The notes below the pieces were generated by a model, which ran no database searches, had not been told where the DNA came from, and was given only the letters and a program-made list of their open reading frames with translations. This document shows positions 58,328 to 64,000 of a DNA stretch of 64,000 bases, one piece after another. The stretch is from Anaeromyxobacteraceae bacterium (GTDB lineage Bacteria > Myxococcota > Myxococcia > Myxococcales > Anaeromyxobacteraceae), in NCBI GenBank assembly GCA_047602405.1, contig JASGHJ010000001.1:512001-576000 (forward strand), given 5' to 3'. Made by a program: the position numbers and the translations under genes. Position 1 is the first letter of the stretch. Each line of letters starts with the position of its first letter.

Positions 58328-60741
58328 GGCGCGACTCCGGACGGCTGGTAGGGGGTACAGGTCTCGCCCGCGACGCCCTGGCAGGTCTCGAGCTGGAACT
58401 TCGCGAGGCGGATCCTCGACGGGTAGAAGATGCCGTCGTCCATCTGGCAGTTCAGCATCCGCGACTGCCCGGGGTCGACCGTGAACTCGGCGACGACGTC
58501 GGGCGAGGCGGGGCCGCCGGGGTCGGCGCCGGGCCGGCCGATGTCCTGCCAGCCGCCGTCGAAGGCCGCGAGGCAGAACATCCGGGTGTTACCCGACGGC
58601 GTCGAGCCGTACGCGTTCGAGGCGGAGGCCGTCACCGACCAGGTCACCCGGTACCGCCGTGCGCGGGTCGCGTCGGTGTTCACGACGTTCGTCCGGTAGG
58701 CGTTGTAGTTCAGGCCGTTGTTCGAGCAGTAGGACCACGGAACGTTGAAGAAGCTGGCCCACCCGCCCCAGCACGGCGGCCAGATCTCGACGGCGCCCGG
58801 GTTGAACGACACCACCTCGGCGTCGTTCACGCCCTGGTAGTAGCCCCAGCCGCCGGTGAGCGTGGCGAGGTCGGTGCGGTCGAGGAGCTCGCCGCTGCGG
58901 TTCTTCCGGAAGAAGGCGCGCTCGAACTGCACGTTCACGTAGAGCACGCCCCGGCCCGCGTGTGTCCCGGTGGGCGGCACCGGCTCGGGGTCGTCGTAGG
59001 CGAGCTCGACGCCGGCCCCGTTGCGCGCGAGGTCGAACCAGAACGGCGCGTCGGCGAGGGTCACGGCGTTCGCCGCGGTGGCGGCGAGGAACTTGCCGCC
59101 GGTGGCGAGCGCGAAGCGATCCGGGCGCGAGGGGCCGAACGGCACGCGCTCGAACGAGGCGGTGGCGCCCGCCCCCGCGGTCGTGAACGGCCGGGCGGCG
59201 TCGGGGCCGACGCGGAGCGGCTGGGCCGTGAGCCCCAGGGAAGGGAGGTCCACGGCGAGCGTGATCCGGGTCGGGTCCACGGGGTCCGGCGCGAGCTGGA
59301 ACGTGCTCGCGCGCGAGGCGCGGCCGCGCACGTGGGCCATGAGCACGAGCGCGCGGTCGGCGCCCTCCACCGCGAGCGTCGCGGCGTTGAGGTGCTCGAG
59401 CGGGCCCGGGGACGAGGAGTCCCGGAGGACGTCGGGGCCGAGCAGGAGGGTCCAGCCGCCCGCGAACATCGTGGCGGCCGGCTCGCGGAGCAGGTAGCGG
59501 CCGAGCTGGACCGTGCAGGTCTCGCCGGTCACCACGCGCGGCACGTTGCCGGGGCCGACGCCGGGGCGCGCGTAGGAGAACCCGTTCGCGCCGCCGCGGC
59601 AGGCCGCGGAGAGGAGCGCCGCGGGCTGGCGGGTGCCGTAGTACGAGGGCGAGCCCGCCGAGCCGGGGAGGACGCCGTCGAGGGCGACGGCGGGGCTCGC
59701 GCCGGTGAAGAGCGCCGGGGTGAGGGTCGGGTACGGCGGGACCGGGTCCACGACGTAGGCCGTCGCCTGCCGGTGGACGCCCTCGAGCTGCTGCACGATC
59801 GCGTCGGCGAGCTCGCCGGCGGCGGTGTCGAGCGGCGGCGGCCCGCACAGCACGTAGTCGTCGGCGCCGCGCAGGAACTGGATCCGCTCGTCGCGCAGCG
59901 CCGCCTGCAGCTTCGGGATCTCGACCGCGGCGTTCTGCGGCTCGCCGAGCGCGACGTAGGCCTGGCGGATGAGCTCGACCGAGTTCTGCTGCAGGATCGC
60001 GAAGCGCACGAAGTGCGAGGCGACGTTCTCGAACGGGACCTTGCCGCCCCTCGCGGCGCAGGCGGCCCGGGAGATGAGCCGGTAGACGCCCTGGGAGAGG
60101 TCCGGCAGGTCGGGGTCCTCGATGATCCGCCCGTGGATCACGTTGAAGAGCTCGGTGAGGGAGCAGACGCCGCCCGAGACCTTGCCGGCCATCTGCTGTG
60201 CGTAGTCGTGGAGGAGCGCGTCGTTCTCCGCCTGCTTCGCGGGCGTGGCCCGGTCGTTCGCGGCGGCGACCTGGCGGACCTGGGAGAGGCAGGTCTCGAC
60301 CTTCGTCGCGGCGTCGTTGAGCTGGGTGATCTTCGGCTGCAGCGCGGTCCAGGTCTGGAGATCCGCGAGCGCGGTCGCCACCGCGCCGAGCTGGGAGCGC
60401 AGCTCGTCGAGCTTCGCGTCCATGACCTCGAGCTTGTTGATGATCTGGTCGAGCTTCTGGTTCACCACCGCGTCGCTCTTCGAGCCGAGCCCGAGTGCGT
60501 CGAAGACGCCGAGCCCCTCGAGGAAGTTGCCGGCCGCGTCGCCGAGGATGCCGCCCGCCACCTGGGTGAGGAGCTTCCCGCCGGCGGCGCCCACGCCCGC
60601 GTCGGCGCGCTCGCGCGGGGGCTCGGCGGGCTGCGCCGGCGCGGGTGTCGAGCCCGGCCCGCAGCCCGGCACGGCGAGGCCGAAGGCGAGCGCGGCGGCG
60701 AGGAGCCGGACGGTGGTGCGGTGGCGCGGGGATCGGGACAT
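58324..60741 (-). CDS. Large unknown lipoprotein with an N-terminal coiled coil and beta-rich C-terminus
   Basis: Lipobox VPGC; NQKLDQIINKLEVMDAKLDEL heptads; ATGA overlap with the NHL gene. Confidence 0.75.
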   Translation of the reverse strand: MSRSPRHRTTVRLLAAALAFGLAVPGCGPGSTPAPAQPAEPPRERADAGVGAAGGKLLTQVAGGILGDAAGNFLEGLGVFDALGLGSKSDAVVNQKLDQIINKLEVMDAKLDELRSQLGAVATALADLQTWTALQPKITQLNDAATKVETCLSQVRQVAAANDRATPAKQAENDALLHDYAQQMAGKVSGGVCSLTELFNVIHGRIIEDPDLPDLSQGVYRLISRAACAARGGKVPFENVASHFVRFAILQQNSVELIRQAYVALGEPQNAAVEIPKLQAALRDERIQFLRGADDYVLCGPPPLDTAAGELADAIVQQLEGVHRQATAYVVDPVPPYPTLTPALFTGASPAVALDGVLPGSAGSPSYYGTRQPAALLSAACRGGANGFSYARPGVGPGNVPRVVTGETCTVQLGRYLLREPAATMFAGGWTLLLGPDVLRDSSSPGPLEHLNAATLAVEGADRALVLMAHVRGRASRASTFQLAPDPVDPTRITLAVDLPSLGLTAQPLRVGPDAARPFTTAGAGATASFERVPFGPSRPDRFALATGGKFLAATAANAVTLADAPFWFDLARNGAGVELAYDDPEPVPPTGTHAGRGVLYVNVQFERAFFRKNRSGELLDRTDLATLTGGWGYYQGVNDAEVVSFNPGAVEIWPPCWGGWASFFNVPWSYCSNNGLNYNAYRTNVVNTDATRARRYRVTWSVTASASNAYGSTPSGNTRMFCLAAFDGGWQDIGRPGADPGGPASPDVVAEFTVDPGQSRMLNCQMDDGIFYPSRIRLAKFQLETCQGVAGETCTPYQPSGVAP

Positions 60742-60765
60742 GGCGGACCTCATCGCCTCCGGGTT

Positions 60766-60781
60766 TGCAGCGGCCATGCCC
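60766..60781 (-). promoter_or_regulatory. Sigma54 (-24/-12) promoter of the lipoprotein-NHL operon
   Basis: GGGCATG-GCCG-CTGCA (GG-N10-GC) ~25 nt upstream of the ATG; divergent sigma54 activator gene. Confidence 0.65.
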
Positions 60782-60941
60782 GCGTGTCCGGCGCCGGGCC
60801 GCGCGTGTCCGGCACCGCCGGAGCCGCGTCTCCACGCGGGGTTGAGGCGTGTCCGGCACCGCCGCCCTTCCCGCGGGCGCCGGACACGGCGTGGGACGCG
60901 GCGGGTGCAACGGGGTGCAACGGGTGTTGCACCGTTGCGCC
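60782..60941. repeat. Two sets of upstream repeats (candidate enhancer sites)
   Basis: GCGTGTCCGGC at 60782, 60803, 60847 and inverted at 60879; GGGTGCAACGG at 60903 and 60913 with inverted GTTGCACC/GTTGCGCC at 60926/60934. Confidence 0.7.
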
Positions 60942-60969
60942 CCGGGGAGGGCTCGCCTACGACTCAGGG

Positions 60970-62343
<1,374 letters not shown>

Positions 62344-62371
62344 GATCCTCGCTCCACCCCGGAGGAACCCC

Positions 62372-62668
62372 ATGACCCGCACCTTCTACGCTGCGTTCGC
62401 CGCCCTTGCGATCCTCGCTGCCTCCCCTGCCTTCGCCGGCCCTCAGCAGGACCGCATGAAGGCGTGCAACGTCGACGCCGGGGACAAGAAGGGCGACGAG
62501 CGCAAGGCGTTCATGAAGAAGTGCCTCTCCGACAAGGCCGCCGAGCACAAGGCGAAGCTCACGGCCCAGCAGGAGAAGATGAAGACCTGCAACGCCGACG
62601 CGAAGACGAAGCAGCTCGCCGGCGCCGAGCGGAAGAAGTTCATGTCGGAGTGCCTGAGCGCGAAGTAG
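62372..62668 (+). CDS. psiF: PsiF-family protein
   Basis: Two QQ..MK.CN.DA.....G.ERK.FM..CL repeats. Confidence 0.9.
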   Translation: MTRTFYAAFAALAILAASPAFAGPQQDRMKACNVDAGDKKGDERKAFMKKCLSDKAAEHKAKLTAQQEKMKTCNADAKTKQLAGAERKKFMSECLSAK

Positions 62669-62704
62669 TCCGCGCCTCGCCGGGCGAGCGGTGCCGCCGC
62701 TCGC

Positions 62705-64000
62705 CTAGATCCTCGCCGCGAGCTCGGCGCCCTGGCGGATCGCCCGCTCGGCGTCGAGCTCGCTCGCGAGCTCCGCGCCGCCCACCACGTGCACCTCGAG
62801 CCCGCGCGCGCGCAGCGGCTCGACGAGCGCGGCGTTCGAGAGCTGGCCGGAGCAGTTCACGACCGTGTCCACCTCGAGGCACTGGCTCTTGCCGTCCTTC
62901 GTCCTGAGCCACAGGCCGCGGTCGTCGATCTTCTCGTAGGTCACCCCGGACAGCGTCTTCACGCCGGCGGCCTTCAGCGCCGAGCGGTGGATCCAGCCGG
63001 TGGTCTTGCCGAGCGAACGGCCCATGGGCCCCGCCGTGCGCTGGCACATCGTGACCTCGCGCGGGGCCGCGTGCGCGGGCTTCTTCGGGAGGAGGCCGCC
63101 CGGGCGCGCATAGCTCGGGTCGACGCCCCACTCCGCGAGGTAGCTCGGCACGGCAGGCGCCTTCCCCTCCGAGACCAGGAAGACCGAGACGTCGTAGCCG
63201 ATGCCGCCGGCGCCGATGACGGCGACCTTCTTCCCGGCCACCTTCTTCCCGAGCAGGAGCTCCGGGTACGAGACGACCTTCGCGTGGTCGATGCCGGGGA
63301 TTTGCGGCCTGCGCGGCGTCACGCCGGTCGCGACGACGACGGCGTCGAACCCGGCCAGCTCCGTCTCCCCGGCCTTCACCCCCAGGCGCAGCTCGACGCC
63401 CGCGCGCTCGAGCCGGACCCGGAAGTACCGGAGCAGCTCGTCGAACTCCTCCTTGCCGGGCACGCGCCGCGCGATGTTGAGCTGGCCGCCGAGCTCCGGG
63501 GCCGCCTCGAAGAGCGTCACCGCGTGGCCGCGCTCGGCCGCGTGCGCGGCGAACGACATCCCGGCGGCGCCGCCGCCCACGACCGCGACCTTGCGCGCCC
63601 TCGCGGCCCGCGGGAAGACGAGCTCGGTCTCCCGGCAGGCGCGGGGGTTCACGAGGCAGGTGGCGCGCTCGACCTTGAACACCTTGTCGAGGCAGGCCTG
63701 GTTGCAGGCGATGCAGGTCGCGATCTCCTCGGGCTTCCCCGCCGCGGCCTTCTTCACGAACTCGGGGTCGGCGAGCAGCGGCCGCGCCATCGAGACGACG
63801 TCGGCGTCGCCGCGCGCGAGGATCTCCTCGGCGATCTCGGGCGTGTTGATCCGGTTCGTCGTGACGAGCGGGAGCTTCACCTCGCCCTTGAGCCGCCGGG
63901 TCACCCAGGCGTACGCGCCGCGCGGGACCATCGCCGCGATCGTGGGCACCCGGGCCTCGTGCCAGCCGATGCCGGTGTTGATGATCGACGCGCCGGCCGC
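62705..64000 (-). CDS. fadH: NADPH-dependent 2,4-dienoyl-CoA reductase (5' part outside the window)
   Basis: GIGWHEARVPTI, NRINTP, ARP.LADP, CIACNQACLD, CLVNPRAC, LGKTTGWIHR. Confidence 0.93.
   Translation of the reverse strand, partial: AAGASIINTGIGWHEARVPTIAAMVPRGAYAWVTRRLKGEVKLPLVTTNRINTPEIAEEILARGDADVVSMARPLLADPEFVKKAAAGKPEEIATCIACNQACLDKVFKVERATCLVNPRACRETELVFPRAARARKVAVVGGGAAGMSFAAHAAERGHAVTLFEAAPELGGQLNIARRVPGKEEFDELLRYFRVRLERAGVELRLGVKAGETELAGFDAVVVATGVTPRRPQIPGIDHAKVVSYPELLLGKKVAGKKVAVIGAGGIGYDVSVFLVSEGKAPAVPSYLAEWGVDPSYARPGGLLPKKPAHAAPREVTMCQRTAGPMGRSLGKTTGWIHRSALKAAGVKTLSGVTYEKIDDRGLWLRTKDGKSQCLEVDTVVNCSGQLSNAALVEPLRARGLEVHVVGGAELASELDAERAIRQGAELAARI

Overview
GC-rich myxobacterial-looking window (gene content resembles Anaeromyxobacter; this taxon is an inference). 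It opens with a poly-HAMP chemoreceptor and an intact tRNA-Gly(CCC) at 2865-2940, whose 3' ~45 bp recur at 15975-16021 and 19066-19110, defining two tandem integrated elements. Island 1 (~13 kb) carries a tyrosine integrase, two excisionase-like HTH genes, an RHH-like regulator, a Schlafen/AlbA_2 protein, IS481, an intact three-gene IS21 with a CCCGG target duplication, IS21/IS66 remnants and truncated secreted-protein genes. Islet 2 (~3.1 kb) has no integrase and carries an HI1419/HI1420-type toxin-antitoxin pair plus two tandem pol-beta (PF10127/RlaP-like) nucleotidyltransferases. The rest is mostly ordinary chromosome: B12 radical SAM + MMPL, PQQ propellers, WYL/VOC pair, SulP, ABC exporter, NYN, RNase HI, DEAD helicase, aminotransferase, GH144-like enzyme, M13 peptidase, Ser/Thr kinase, FHA-sigma54 activator, PsiF and partial FadH. 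A complete group II intron sits in the start codon of a TPR gene, with a one-nucleotide offset from canonical boundaries. Other signals: a REP-like palindrome inside the MCP coding tail, many apparently leaderless genes, a probable CTG start, two head-to-head deletion scars and a sigma54 promoter with repeated upstream sites. All family assignments come from motif recognition by eye, not database searches.
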